64,000 nucleotides of DNA from Promethearchaeota archaeon (GTDB taxonomy: Archaea; Asgardarchaeota; Lokiarchaeia; Sigyniarchaeales; SOKP01), in assembly GCA_030599585.1 (NCBI GenBank), contig JAUVNS010000004.1, positions 96,001 to 160,000 on the forward strand, in the 5' to 3' direction. Below the pieces are notes generated by a model. That model searched no databases and was not told the DNA's origin. It worked only from the letters and a program-made list of their open reading frames with translations. Below are positions 36,779-47,197 of this stretch, piece after piece (positions within the stretch are counted from its first letter, which is position 1; every line of letters begins with the position of its first letter). Position numbers and translations under genes: made by a program.

Positions 36779-37516
36779 ATGTCAAAAGAAATACCACAAA
36801 ATGAAAATGATAAGAGTGATAAACCACTTCCTCTTTGGACAATAGCACTCATCCCAGTTTACATTTCTGTTTTATTTATACTCATGTTTTTCCCCCTCGC
36901 TCAAGATTGGTTATGGATTGAAGCTTGGTTATTCATCGTATCATTTGTTATTAATATGACAATCAGTTTCTTTATCATAAACAAGAAGAATCCGCGAGTT
37001 CTTCGGAACCGGATGAAGGTGAAGAAAGTCGGTGTCACAGAGAAAACAAAAAGTTCAGCAGGATCAGATAAATTTTTATTGCCGATTCTTGCTATCGGAT
37101 TTATTGGAGCATTTATACTGCCTGTATTCGATTACCGTTATCAATGGTCTTCAATTCATTTCATAGTGGAGATTATAAGTCTTGTGGTTGCGAATATTGG
37201 ACTAATAATAATGGATATCGCAATGGTACAAAATGCATACGCCTCAAAAGTACTTGATATAAACAAAGACCAAAAACTCATTGATACAGGATTATATAGT
37301 CATGTTCGCCATCCTCTCTACTCGGGGGCATTTTTAATGATGCTTGGACTGCCCATTGCGCTAGGATCGTGGATATCATTAATTCCTGCTACAATCGGAG
37401 TAATATCCTTAATAATCCGAATAAAATTCGAGGAGGAAATGCTCATTAAGGGAATGGAAGGCTATGATGAATATCGAATTCGAGTAAAATACAAAATAAT
37501 CCCTAAAATCTACTGA
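36779..37516 (+). CDS. Isoprenylcysteine carboxylmethyltransferase/PEMT-family membrane protein
   Basis: LIDTGLY..VRHPLYSG, RI..EE..L, Y..Y...V.Y..IP. Confidence 0.88.
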   Translation: MSKEIPQNENDKSDKPLPLWTIALIPVYISVLFILMFFPLAQDWLWIEAWLFIVSFVINMTISFFIINKKNPRVLRNRMKVKKVGVTEKTKSSAGSDKFLLPILAIGFIGAFILPVFDYRYQWSSIHFIVEIISLVVANIGLIIMDIAMVQNAYASKVLDINKDQKLIDTGLYSHVRHPLYSGAFLMMLGLPIALGSWISLIPATIGVISLIIRIKFEEEMLIKGMEGYDEYRIRVKYKIIPKIY

Positions 37517-37628
37517 TTTAACGTTATATACCTTTCAATTTTAATACAAAATGTTATTTATGATTTTTTACTAAGTTTTTTTTCCATATTGAGTAAGATA
37601 TTTCTTATTTAAATCATAGAGTTACATT

Positions 37629-39062
37629 ATGAATGAAGAAACGGAAGAAATTTTAACAATTATAGCTGAAAAAGCACAGCTAGCAGAAGGCGTTGAAGGA
37701 GTTAGATCAATCCTCCTTACTATGTTTCGCTTTCCTTCATTAAAAAACAAAAAAGTTTCCCAAAAAACTGGAATCGCTATCCCTGCCCTAGCAGCAGCTC
37801 GGGGTGAGTTAGTAAAAGCAGGAATCGTAGAAAAGAAAAATTATCTTGGCGAAAAAGGCAGAACTTGGATTCGTAAAAATTTGAACTTAAAATTTGAGTA
37901 TGATCCTCTTCCAAATAATTTTGACTTGTCTTTAGCTGAAATTCCAGAAGAATATGCTTCTATTAATAAAATAAAAGAAATTTTAAATAATCGTCCTGAA
38001 CCAGATTTTGCATTAGACCAATCACATGCCATTTCTACTACAGTAATAAATCGTGCTCTTTATCTCTTAAAAAAAGGAGATATAGAGGGAAGGAAAATAG
38101 TATTCCTTGGGGATGACGACGCTACTTCTTTAGCCGTTGGCTTATTGAACTTAACTGAAGAAATAACGGTCATAGATATCGATCCTAACGTCTTAAAATT
38201 TCTTTCAGAGAGTGCAAATACCCTTTCTTTAAAAAATTTCACTGTTATTTCGCACGATCTCAGAGATCCCTGCCCTACTAATATTCTTAATAATTATGAT
38301 ATTGTTTTGATGGATCCTCCTTATACTAATGAAGGGTTACGTTTATTTCTAAAAAGAGCTAAACAAGTTTTAAAAACTAGCATAGTTATCGAAGGAAATA
38401 TGCATAAAGTTTTAGGTAAAAAATGTCTCTTATCCTTTGGAAACAAACCACCCAAAGAAATGCTACATATTCAACTATCTATTTTAGATCATGGATTCAT
38501 AATAAAAGAAATGATTCCATATTTCAATCTTTATAAGGGAGCAAGTATATTGGGCCAGTTTAGTCACCTCTATTATATAGAATTAGCTGAAATTCAAAAC
38601 ATAGAGGATACATTAAGTTTAAATGCGCTCCCAATATACACTTCCGAACTAAAAAAAAGAAAAACTAATCCTTACCGTCCTATTGGATATCATTTTGTTG
38701 GAGAAATGCGTTTTACAGACCAAAACTTCCTTTTAGAAAATGAAAAAATTCAAAAAATCTTTCTAGACTCGCTAACTTACGCAGATTTAATAATTTACGA
38801 CATATTTCACCACAATTACCAACCATTTGGATATAGTGCTGTTGCCATACTTAAAACAAGTCATGCAGCAATTCATACCTGGCCAGAACACGGATATATT
38901 AGCGTTGATATATTTATATGTGACGAGTTCTCTAAAGGATTAGAAGTCCTAAAATTCTTGAAAAATCATTTTAAACCCGAAAAATATGAGTTTCTTTATA
39001 TGGAGCGAGGGAAGGGTTCTATGATTAAATATGAACCACTCGATTTAGAAAACAAGAGATAG
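37629..39062 (+). CDS. Fusion of branched-chain polyamine synthase (BpsA-like) and S-adenosylmethionine decarboxylase proenzyme (SpeD-like)
   Basis: N-terminal HTH-like segment. BpsA motifs LDQ, GDIEGRKIVFLGDDD, DID and DPPY. C-terminal SpeD motifs PFGYSAVAILKTSHAAIHTWPEHGYISVDIFIC and ERG. Confidence 0.85.
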   Translation: MNEETEEILTIIAEKAQLAEGVEGVRSILLTMFRFPSLKNKKVSQKTGIAIPALAAARGELVKAGIVEKKNYLGEKGRTWIRKNLNLKFEYDPLPNNFDLSLAEIPEEYASINKIKEILNNRPEPDFALDQSHAISTTVINRALYLLKKGDIEGRKIVFLGDDDATSLAVGLLNLTEEITVIDIDPNVLKFLSESANTLSLKNFTVISHDLRDPCPTNILNNYDIVLMDPPYTNEGLRLFLKRAKQVLKTSIVIEGNMHKVLGKKCLLSFGNKPPKEMLHIQLSILDHGFIIKEMIPYFNLYKGASILGQFSHLYYIELAEIQNIEDTLSLNALPIYTSELKKRKTNPYRPIGYHFVGEMRFTDQNFLLENEKIQKIFLDSLTYADLIIYDIFHHNYQPFGYSAVAILKTSHAAIHTWPEHGYISVDIFICDEFSKGLEVLKFLKNHFKPEKYEFLYMERGKGSMIKYEPLDLENKR

Positions 39063-39190
39063 AGTTAATAAAATAAAAAGACACTATCCTAATAGTTAAA
39101 AATTTGTATAAAAAAGTTGAGAAAATATTATAAATAATTATATAAATATTTTTTAATACTGATTGTTATCTTCTACAAGAGTTATGCGAG

Positions 39191-39844
39191 GTGCCAACCA
39201 TGGAAGAAAAAAAATTAACAGAATTAAATGATCTTAAAGAAATTGCAATAGGAAAAATAAAGTCTGCATACAATCGCTCGATTGATGCTGAAGCAACCCA
39301 TTCAGTTCTCTGGGATATCACTGAAAGAAAGAGGAATACGCTACTAAAGCTTGCTCTATTAATTAGTATTTTTATCATAGTCTTTGCTTATTTACCGTTT
39401 CTTTTTGGCGAAGTTGTAATAATATGGGTTTTTAGTTTAATTGCTGAAATTTTAGCTTTTGTAATAGCTGGATTAGTAATTTATGGAATTTTCCTTGCCA
39501 ATTATTCGAAAGCTCATAAACAACTTATTCACGCCTCTATTCTCTTGCGAAGACAGAGTCTGGATTTCCTCCAATATAAATTAGATAATTTAGATAAAAA
39601 ATCTTATATCGAAGAATTGAAGTCTTTAGAAGTAAATGATAAGGACCTAAAAGAAAAAACTCAGCTGCATACTGAAAAAATATCAACTCAATTAATAATG
39701 AGAATTACATACAATATCGAAGAACTTGAAAAAGCGGGGTTTAAAAAGCATATTATTACTCAACAAGCAATAGATTCTGCCAACGAAAAATTACAGAAAT
39801 TCACCGCGTTGAGAACTTGCGAAGCGTGGCTTAAATTTGATTAA
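39191..39844 (+). CDS. Two-TM protein, SLATT-like
   Basis: Helix with TH...., a TM hairpin, then A.H....ILLR and a helical tail. Confidence 0.5.
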   Translation: MPTMEEKKLTELNDLKEIAIGKIKSAYNRSIDAEATHSVLWDITERKRNTLLKLALLISIFIIVFAYLPFLFGEVVIIWVFSLIAEILAFVIAGLVIYGIFLANYSKAHKQLIHASILLRRQSLDFLQYKLDNLDKKSYIEELKSLEVNDKDLKEKTQLHTEKISTQLIMRITYNIEELEKAGFKKHIITQQAIDSANEKLQKFTALRTCEAWLKFD

Positions 39845-40354
39845 AAACCTTTTTTTGTGTTTGTGAAGTCTACTTTGTTAACAAAATTGTCAAATAACTT
39901 CATTTTTATATGTTCTATCAACACAAATTATAATCCTTAACACTCGCTTTTATATAATTTGAAAACAAATATGTTATTGAAGGATTGCAAGAAATTCGCA
40001 GCTAACATTGGATTTCAGAGAATATGGTTTCTATATTTTCGATTAAGCCCTCTATTAAACTCAAATATGAGTTTAATTCTCTCTTAACCTAAAATACTTC
40101 GGCTCGAATTGACGCTCCTTTTCCTACTTTTTCATAGATTCTATTTTTTGATTGAAGATTTGCCCTTAAAATTAAAGATCGGTTTGCTTAATCCCCCAAT
40201 CACCATAAAATGTTTAAATTTTGTTTGAACTCTACGAAAGAATTTAATAAATTATAACAAAAATTTTTATAGAAATTATATGGTAATTATATTGTTAGTT
40301 TTCTACTTAAAAGTAGATAATGATCAAAAATAAAACTGAATCCGGAAAGACAAA

Positions 40355-41794
40355 ATGAAAAATTCAACTGTTAGACTTACTTTTTTGGGGGGTGTGAATG
40401 AAGTAGGAGGAAATAAAATCCTATTAGAAGATTTCAATTATAATGTGAAAATTTTTTTAGACTTTGGAATTAACATAAAAGATTATAATGATCAATACGA
40501 TAGAAATGAAGCACCAAATTCAATCAAAGAATTAGTTAGGTTAGGATTATTACCTGAAGCGGAAAAATTATCAATCAATAATTTATATACCGACTTTAAA
40601 GCGAATGAGGACCAAGATTGTAATGATTTGGAAACCAATCTCGATGGAATTTTTGTCAGTCATCCCCATAAAGATCATTTTTTTGGATTGTCATTTGTTA
40701 ATAAAAACATACCAATATATACGGGAGTTTTTACCAAAAAAATTATTTCTGCTTATTATAAATGTTCTAAAAATTCAATCACTAATAATTATGGAGGTTT
40801 GAACTGGAGGCTGTTTCGTACGGGCGATATTCTTGATATTAAAGGATTAGAAATAATACCGGTGCATGTAGATCACTCAATCCCCGCCGCTTATGGTTTC
40901 ATCATTAAAACTTCTAACGGTATTGTTGTTTACACCGGAGATTTTCGTATGCACGGCCCTTTAGCTGCTATGACTCAAGATTTTTTAAAAGAAATAACAA
41001 ATAAAGATATTGATAAAATTGATATCTTAATCTGTGAAGGGACACATATTCATAGGGGTGCAATCGAGTCTGAAGACAATGTAGAGAAAAATATTGAACA
41101 ACTCTTCCTTGAAAACCCTTTTGATTTTTTTTTAGTAAAGTATGGACGTTTAGATTGGGATCGTTTCAGGACCTTTTCTTTAATTGCGAAGAAGTACGGT
41201 TGGAAATTTATCATCACCGAAAAAGACGCTTATTTCTATTATCTCATGAATAAAGATAAAATCTACGAAAGTATGAAAAATCCAAATATAATTGATGATG
41301 ATCACATTTTAATCCTCTCTAGAGGCAATGCAAGATATCGATGGCAAGAAAAAATAAGACAAGCGCTACATAAGGAAAAGAAGGGTTTCCGTTTTATAAA
41401 ATATGATGAAATTAAAGAGTTAAAAAGTCAATTTTTCTTCTACATTACTTCTGTTCCAAAAGATATTATTCAAAGATTAAATCCGAATCTTAGGGGGGCT
41501 TTTATATCATCTAGCATAGATCCCTACACGGAAGAATACATTGATAATCATAGAACATTAACCCATTATTTCCGTCAACATGGCATTCCTTCTTACAGAG
41601 TACATGCGTCTGGACACGCGATGCCACATCATTTAATAAACTTTATCCAGATAATCAGACCTGATTATTTAATCCCCGTTCACTCAGATCAACCGCATTT
41701 TTTTAAAACTTTTTTCAAAAATTCTGAAATTAATGTAATACTTCCTAATAAAAACGATCGATTTGAATTGCAATCAGATATAGGTGTTTCTTAA
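40355..41794 (+). CDS. Metallo-beta-lactamase/beta-CASP hydrolase (RNase J-related)
   Basis: GGVNEVGGN, DFG, SHPHKDH, VDHSIP, YTGDFR, EGT, HASGHA, PVH. Confidence 0.88.
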   Translation: MKNSTVRLTFLGGVNEVGGNKILLEDFNYNVKIFLDFGINIKDYNDQYDRNEAPNSIKELVRLGLLPEAEKLSINNLYTDFKANEDQDCNDLETNLDGIFVSHPHKDHFFGLSFVNKNIPIYTGVFTKKIISAYYKCSKNSITNNYGGLNWRLFRTGDILDIKGLEIIPVHVDHSIPAAYGFIIKTSNGIVVYTGDFRMHGPLAAMTQDFLKEITNKDIDKIDILICEGTHIHRGAIESEDNVEKNIEQLFLENPFDFFLVKYGRLDWDRFRTFSLIAKKYGWKFIITEKDAYFYYLMNKDKIYESMKNPNIIDDDHILILSRGNARYRWQEKIRQALHKEKKGFRFIKYDEIKELKSQFFFYITSVPKDIIQRLNPNLRGAFISSSIDPYTEEYIDNHRTLTHYFRQHGIPSYRVHASGHAMPHHLINFIQIIRPDYLIPVHSDQPHFFKTFFKNSEINVILPNKNDRFELQSDIGVS

Positions 41795-41795
41795 G

Positions 41796-41930
41796 TTGAA
41801 AAAAAAATGTTCGGAATGCGGTATGATCCGTTCAAGTAAAGATCTCGTAAAATTAGGGGGGGGAGATATCATTTGCTTTTCTTGTTGGAATAAAAAGTTA
41901 AGAGAAAAGAAAAATTCACAACAAAACTAA
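41796..41930 (+). CDS. Zinc-finger microprotein (44 aa), absent from the ORF track
   Basis: TTG 1 nt after the upstream stop, with an AGGTG RBS: MKKKCSECGMIRSSKDLVKLGGGDIICFSCWNKKLREKKNSQQN. Confidence 0.68.
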   Translation: MKKKCSECGMIRSSKDLVKLGGGDIICFSCWNKKLREKKNSQQN

Positions 41931-41965
41931 CTTGATTAATGGTATGAAACATTAAGCAAACATCG

Positions 41966-42181
41966 TTAATACGAGAGGAGATATGTGTATTTCGTCAAAT
42001 TAAATTTTTTGAGTTTAATCTCATTTTGAGTTTCTGAGCCTTGAGGTATTATTGGCATTTTAATTACCCAATCGTAATCTTCTAAATACAAATTATTATA
42101 GAAGATATTCGTGTACTTGCACCAATCGATGAACATACTTATTGATACACTCTCGTTTTTAAGAGATGGGACTACCGACAT
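41966..42181 (-). CDS. Small hypothetical protein
   Basis: 71 aa ORF with a GAGG RBS; no motif recognised. Confidence 0.5.
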   Translation of the reverse strand: MSVVPSLKNESVSISMFIDWCKYTNIFYNNLYLEDYDWVIKMPIIPQGSETQNEIKLKKFNLTKYTYLLSY

Positions 42182-42453
42182 AAAAAACCTCGTTATATTT
42201 ATAATTAATTGAATAACCTTACGCAGTGAAACTTGTTTCGCCTAGTTTATATAAGAAATACCCTTAATCAACTTTACCTATTAAAGGCAATAGCGTAATT
42301 GGAAATACTTGATATTTACAGCAACCATCATAATATTAAAAAATGACATATTTATATGTTTCGAAGTTTTGTTCAAATGAATAACTAATCAAAATATTAA
42401 TATGACTTGCCTTCTCTTTATTAAAACAAACATTCGAGAATCTGATGGTATAA

Positions 42454-44418
42454 ATGGAATATGGTTTTTTTGGAAAAGTATTATGGGTTGACTTAACAAA
42501 TGATACTTTTAGGGAGGAGGAAGTGCCTGAAAAGATATATCGTCAATTCATGGGTGGATACGGTTTAGGATGTAGATTATTATATGAAAGAATGCCCTCG
42601 CATATAAAACCCTTGAGTCCTGATTCCATAATTGGATTTTTCCCAGGGTTATTAACGAGTACTGTAGCTCCTTATTCAGGCAGATATATGGTTGTAGGTA
42701 AGTCACCACTTACAGGAACTTGGGGTGACGCAAATAGTGGAGGAACTTTTGGACCTGCGCTTAAAACTTGTGGCTACGATGGAATTATAGTCGTAGGCAA
42801 ATCTAAAAAACCAACATATCTCTCTATTATAGACAATGCAATTAAGATTTTAGACGCTTCAGATATTTGGGGAAAAGATATTATAGAAACCGAGAAAATT
42901 CTAAAAAAAAGGCACGGTAACTCAATCAAAACCGCTGGCATTGGACAAGCAGGAGAAAAATTATCAAAAATCTCTGGAATCGCAAATGACAAAGGAAGAA
43001 TTGCTGCCCGTTCGGGTTTAGGAGCTATAATGGGTTCTAAAAATCTAAAAACGATAGTTCTTAATGGCAATAAAAAAGTTGAGATTTTTAATCGCGAAAA
43101 ATTTTATGAATTGATAAAAGAGTATAATAGAGCAACCAAGATTAAACCTTTAAACTTAATGAAAAAGTCGTTTTTAGGTAAAATGTTTGGAATGGTAAAA
43201 TCTATGCGCAGACTTAAAATTGGAATGATAAATGCGCCAGATCTTATGCGAACAATTTATCGTAATTATGGGACTAGTATTGGAAATACAATTAGTGCGG
43301 AGACTGGGGACTCTCCTATTAAAAATTGGTCAGGAATAGGGATGTACGATTTCCCTTACGAAAAATCAGTCAATTTATCATCAATTGAGATTTCCAAATA
43401 TAAAGTGAAAGAATATGGATGTTTTAGTTGTCCTGTTCAATGTGGAGCAATTCTGAAAATCCCTGAGTTAAATATCGAAGAAATGCACATTCCTGAATAC
43501 GAAACTTGTTGTGCCTTCGGTTCTCTTTTGCTTAACAATGATTTATTCTCGATATTCCAAATTAATGACATTTGCAATCGAGCCGCAATTGATACAATTT
43601 CAGTTGGAGCTACCGTTGCTTATGCAATTGAGTGTTTCGAAAAAGGACTTCTAAGTTTGGAAGATACAGGTGGTTTAGAATTAGCATGGGGCGATACTAA
43701 GGTTATTTTGAGTCTAGTCAACATGATAATAATGAGAGAGGGTATTGGTGATTTATTAGCTGACGGAGTAAAAATAGCAGTCGGCAAAATTGGAAAAGAG
43801 AGCGAACCATATGCGATTAATTCGTTAGGTTCAGAAATTCCTATGCACGATCCACGATATTTTGAGTCTTTAGCATTTTCATATGCCTTTGATCCGACAC
43901 CAGGAAGGCATACAACGGCAAGTATTGATTTTGCTGAAATTGGATCTTATGATAAATTCGAAAAAAAGGTAACTTTACCAAAAAACCGAACAAAAAACAT
44001 TAATAATAAAATAGAAGCACAAGTTATTACTACGGGTTTTCATCAAATACTTAACTGTGCTGGGATGTGCATGTTCTCAACTTCTTTTGGACCTTATCCT
44101 TTTATTGATCTTTTAAATGCTTTAACAGGGTGGAAAGGTAATATTGATGAGTATATCGAAACCGGTCTAAGAATCCAGACATTGCGTCAAGCATTCACTT
44201 TAAGAGAGGGGATTAAAATATCACAGAATGAACTTCCGGATAGAGTTATAGGAATACCCCCCGCAAAAAAAGGACCCCTAAAAGGTAAAACTATAGAATA
44301 TAAAGACTTTTATAAAAAATACTGCGTCAGAATGGGCTGGAATCCCGAAAATGGATATCCGTTAAAAAGAACGCTAGAAAAACTAGACCTTGAATTTGTG
44401 ATTAAAGATTTGTATTAG
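42454..44418 (+). CDS. aor: Tungsten-dependent aldehyde:ferredoxin oxidoreductase family protein
   Basis: KSPLTGTWGDANSGG, GAIMGSKNLK, CFSCPVQCG, PEYET, DLLADG, HDPR. Confidence 0.92.
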   Translation: MEYGFFGKVLWVDLTNDTFREEEVPEKIYRQFMGGYGLGCRLLYERMPSHIKPLSPDSIIGFFPGLLTSTVAPYSGRYMVVGKSPLTGTWGDANSGGTFGPALKTCGYDGIIVVGKSKKPTYLSIIDNAIKILDASDIWGKDIIETEKILKKRHGNSIKTAGIGQAGEKLSKISGIANDKGRIAARSGLGAIMGSKNLKTIVLNGNKKVEIFNREKFYELIKEYNRATKIKPLNLMKKSFLGKMFGMVKSMRRLKIGMINAPDLMRTIYRNYGTSIGNTISAETGDSPIKNWSGIGMYDFPYEKSVNLSSIEISKYKVKEYGCFSCPVQCGAILKIPELNIEEMHIPEYETCCAFGSLLLNNDLFSIFQINDICNRAAIDTISVGATVAYAIECFEKGLLSLEDTGGLELAWGDTKVILSLVNMIIMREGIGDLLADGVKIAVGKIGKESEPYAINSLGSEIPMHDPRYFESLAFSYAFDPTPGRHTTASIDFAEIGSYDKFEKKVTLPKNRTKNINNKIEAQVITTGFHQILNCAGMCMFSTSFGPYPFIDLLNALTGWKGNIDEYIETGLRIQTLRQAFTLREGIKISQNELPDRVIGIPPAKKGPLKGKTIEYKDFYKKYCVRMGWNPENGYPLKRTLEKLDLEFVIKDLY

Positions 44419-44471
44419 AAATTCACTTTTAAAAACCTAACAATCTAATTTAAGAGAATATTCATACTCTT

Positions 44472-44948
44472 ATGACTACTGATAATGATACTATGGAAAA
44501 CCTACAAAGCTATCTGAAAAAAGAGATTTTAAAAGATGCTATAATATTAAAAAATAAATATCCTCCTATTTCAGAAAAGGTAAACGGAATCTCTAAATCC
44601 TTAAGGATTAAGAACATTTACAAGTTAAAAGGAAATTTGAATAATTTCATTTTCATAACAACAAAAAACTACACTAAAAATCCTCGATACAGATATTTTT
44701 TGGCCATATTATTAGCTACTCAAAGCTCTGATCTTTTAGTTAGTCTAGCAAAAGAATTTAGCAAAAAAAATAGATTAAAACTGATCCAATTTTCACTATA
44801 TCCTCAACACTTCAGAGTTGGTTTATTTTCTTTGAAAGAAATACATAATAAGAATAATTTTTCAGAAGTAATCGATTTACTAAAAGGTTTTAGAATTATT
44901 TATCGAAAAGATTTAGAAAAACTCGGAAAATTAATTGAACGTGTATAA
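44472..44948 (+). CDS. Hypothetical protein
   Basis: 158 aa basic ORF between aor and pyk. Confidence 0.65.
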   Translation: MTTDNDTMENLQSYLKKEILKDAIILKNKYPPISEKVNGISKSLRIKNIYKLKGNLNNFIFITTKNYTKNPRYRYFLAILLATQSSDLLVSLAKEFSKKNRLKLIQFSLYPQHFRVGLFSLKEIHNKNNFSEVIDLLKGFRIIYRKDLEKLGKLIERV

Positions 44949-45025
44949 TATTTATAGCTAGTTATAATAGTAATAATAATAATTTTATAGTAGAATTTGA
45001 ATTAAATACCTAACTTTGTTATAAA

Positions 45026-46489
45026 ATGTCATTTAGAGAGAATACCGTTAAAATTGTTAGCACTATTGGTCCTGCTTCGAGTTCAAAACAGATGATTAAG
45101 AGTCTAATCGATGCTGGTGTTGATGTTTTTCGATTAAATTTTTCTCATGGAACACATAAGGAAAAGGGCGAATTAGTTGAAAGAATCAGAAGCGTAGACG
45201 ATAAAATTGGAATTATGGCCGATATTCAAGGTCCAAAAATTAGAGTTGGTAAATTTAAGAACGATGAGGCCTACATACTAAATGTTGGACAAGAAGTAAA
45301 GGTATACGAAAGTGAAATTCCTGGGGGTGGAGATCAAACTCAATTTTCCATTCCGTTAGTAGGATTTCTAAAGTCAATGAAAAAGGGGAATGTGTTTTTT
45401 GTTAACGATGGGATTATTAAAATTGAAATTAAAAGTAAAGAAAAAGATCATTTGATTGGAGAAGTAATCGCGGGTGGAATAATTAGTAACAACAAAGGAG
45501 TAAATATTCCAGCTGTAGAACTAAATCAATCTGTGCCTACTGAAAAAGATATTAAAGACCTTGAGTTTATAGCAGATATTAATCCCGAGTTTGTCGCAAT
45601 TTCATTCGTATCTAGAGGGGACGATGTTCTCACTGTCAAAAAACTCCTTGAAAATTACGGGAATAACGAAATAAAATTAATTTCTAAGATCGAACGCCCT
45701 ATCGCACTCGATAATTTTGATCAAATATTAGAAGTATCAGATGGGATAATGATTGCGAGAGGAGATTTGGGCGTTGAGATATCTCCAGATCAAGTACCAA
45801 TTAAACAAAAAGAATTGATTATTAAATGTAACCGAGAAGGAAAACCCGTAATTGTAGCAACCCAAATGTTGGAATCAATGATAAACACACCTGTTCCCAC
45901 TAGAGCTGAAGCTAACGATATATTTAACGCTGTTATCGATGGGACCGACGCTGTAATGCTTTCTGCCGAAACTGCAGTAGGAAAATATCCAATAAATGCT
46001 GTCGAATATATGAACAAGATTGCGACAACAGCTAGCGAAAATACACCAAAACGAGCTCCTGACGATTACGATTCAGATCGTTTAACACACACGCAAACGC
46101 TTGGTCATGCAATATATGCTCTTGCTCACGAAATGGAAGAATTAAATTTTAGAGGCAAAATTTTAGTAATTACCAGAAAAGGTTATGGTGCTAAGATGAT
46201 TTCTAAATTCCGGCCTCCGTTGCCAATAATTGCAATGACTCCTTCAAAAAAAACTGCACGAGAATTAAACCTTATTTGGGGAGTACAACCCATATATATC
46301 GAGAATATCGACTTTTTTAATTTGGATGTTGAAAGTTTAATCGAGCAATCCGTAAGATTTGGTGTTGAAACTGGTCATATCGACGAAAATGAGCACGTTA
46401 TTATTTTGCTAGTTTCGAGAAAGTTTCAAAAAAGAGGAAATCTTGTTGGACTTTACTATGTTGGTGAAATCCTTAACCCAGAGACCTAA
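45026..46489 (+). CDS. pyk: Pyruvate kinase
   Basis: KIVSTIGPAS, RLNFSHG, DIQGPKIR, KIE, ARGDLGVE, ATQMLESM, PTRAE. Confidence 0.96.
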   Translation: MSFRENTVKIVSTIGPASSSKQMIKSLIDAGVDVFRLNFSHGTHKEKGELVERIRSVDDKIGIMADIQGPKIRVGKFKNDEAYILNVGQEVKVYESEIPGGGDQTQFSIPLVGFLKSMKKGNVFFVNDGIIKIEIKSKEKDHLIGEVIAGGIISNNKGVNIPAVELNQSVPTEKDIKDLEFIADINPEFVAISFVSRGDDVLTVKKLLENYGNNEIKLISKIERPIALDNFDQILEVSDGIMIARGDLGVEISPDQVPIKQKELIIKCNREGKPVIVATQMLESMINTPVPTRAEANDIFNAVIDGTDAVMLSAETAVGKYPINAVEYMNKIATTASENTPKRAPDDYDSDRLTHTQTLGHAIYALAHEMEELNFRGKILVITRKGYGAKMISKFRPPLPIIAMTPSKKTARELNLIWGVQPIYIENIDFFNLDVESLIEQSVRFGVETGHIDENEHVIILLVSRKFQKRGNLVGLYYVGEILNPET

Positions 46490-46697
46490 TTTTTTTCCTC
46501 ATCGTTAATTTAATTAACATTCTTTTCTCATTTTTCTGTATCTTGTTAAATTACATGAAGATTGCTTTAAAATTTATTAATTTATTATGATCAATTTTAA
46601 ATTCAAGGAATATGAATATAATCATAATTTTAAATTAAATTTCAAAACTATAAGGAATTCAATACTAAACAATATTAAGTAATGAGGTAGAAAAAAT

Positions 46698-47156
46698 ATG
46701 GGAGAAAGTGAATGGCAACACGCCTCTTGGGTATCTACATTAGGAAAATGGGCTTGGATTATCATTATTCTTATTGATATAATCGGATTATTGTTGTCTC
46801 TTTTTGCAATTATCCCACTGGTTATTTTATTGGGGGTTTTAGGGTTTGCGGCATTAGGAGCATCAACATGGAATATATTTGCAAGCATTATTGGCATTAT
46901 AATTGCTCTACTTGTTATTAAACCTAAATTCTCAAAGCCATGTGGAGAAAAAGACTGGGATGCATTGTATGGTTGGGTTTTAAAATTAGGTGGTTTTAAT
47001 GTTCCATGGATGTTTGTATGGGGCCTTATTTTGCTTCTGTTCGGATGGTATGGCTGGGGGACATTATCAGTTTTTGTTCCGGCCTTTATGTTAATTTTTG
47101 CTGGTCCTAAAGAATACAAATGGTCTGAAGAAAAAGCACCAAAAGAGAATCTATAA
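46698..47156 (+). CDS. Membrane protein (about 4 TM, Trp/Gly-rich)
   Basis: Hydrophobic helices; GAGGT RBS. Confidence 0.72.
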   Translation: MGESEWQHASWVSTLGKWAWIIIILIDIIGLLLSLFAIIPLVILLGVLGFAALGASTWNIFASIIGIIIALLVIKPKFSKPCGEKDWDALYGWVLKLGGFNVPWMFVWGLILLLFGWYGWGTLSVFVPAFMLIFAGPKEYKWSEEKAPKENL

Positions 47157-47197
47157 AAATTCTTTTTATTTTCTTTTTATTTTTAAATGTAAAAAAA

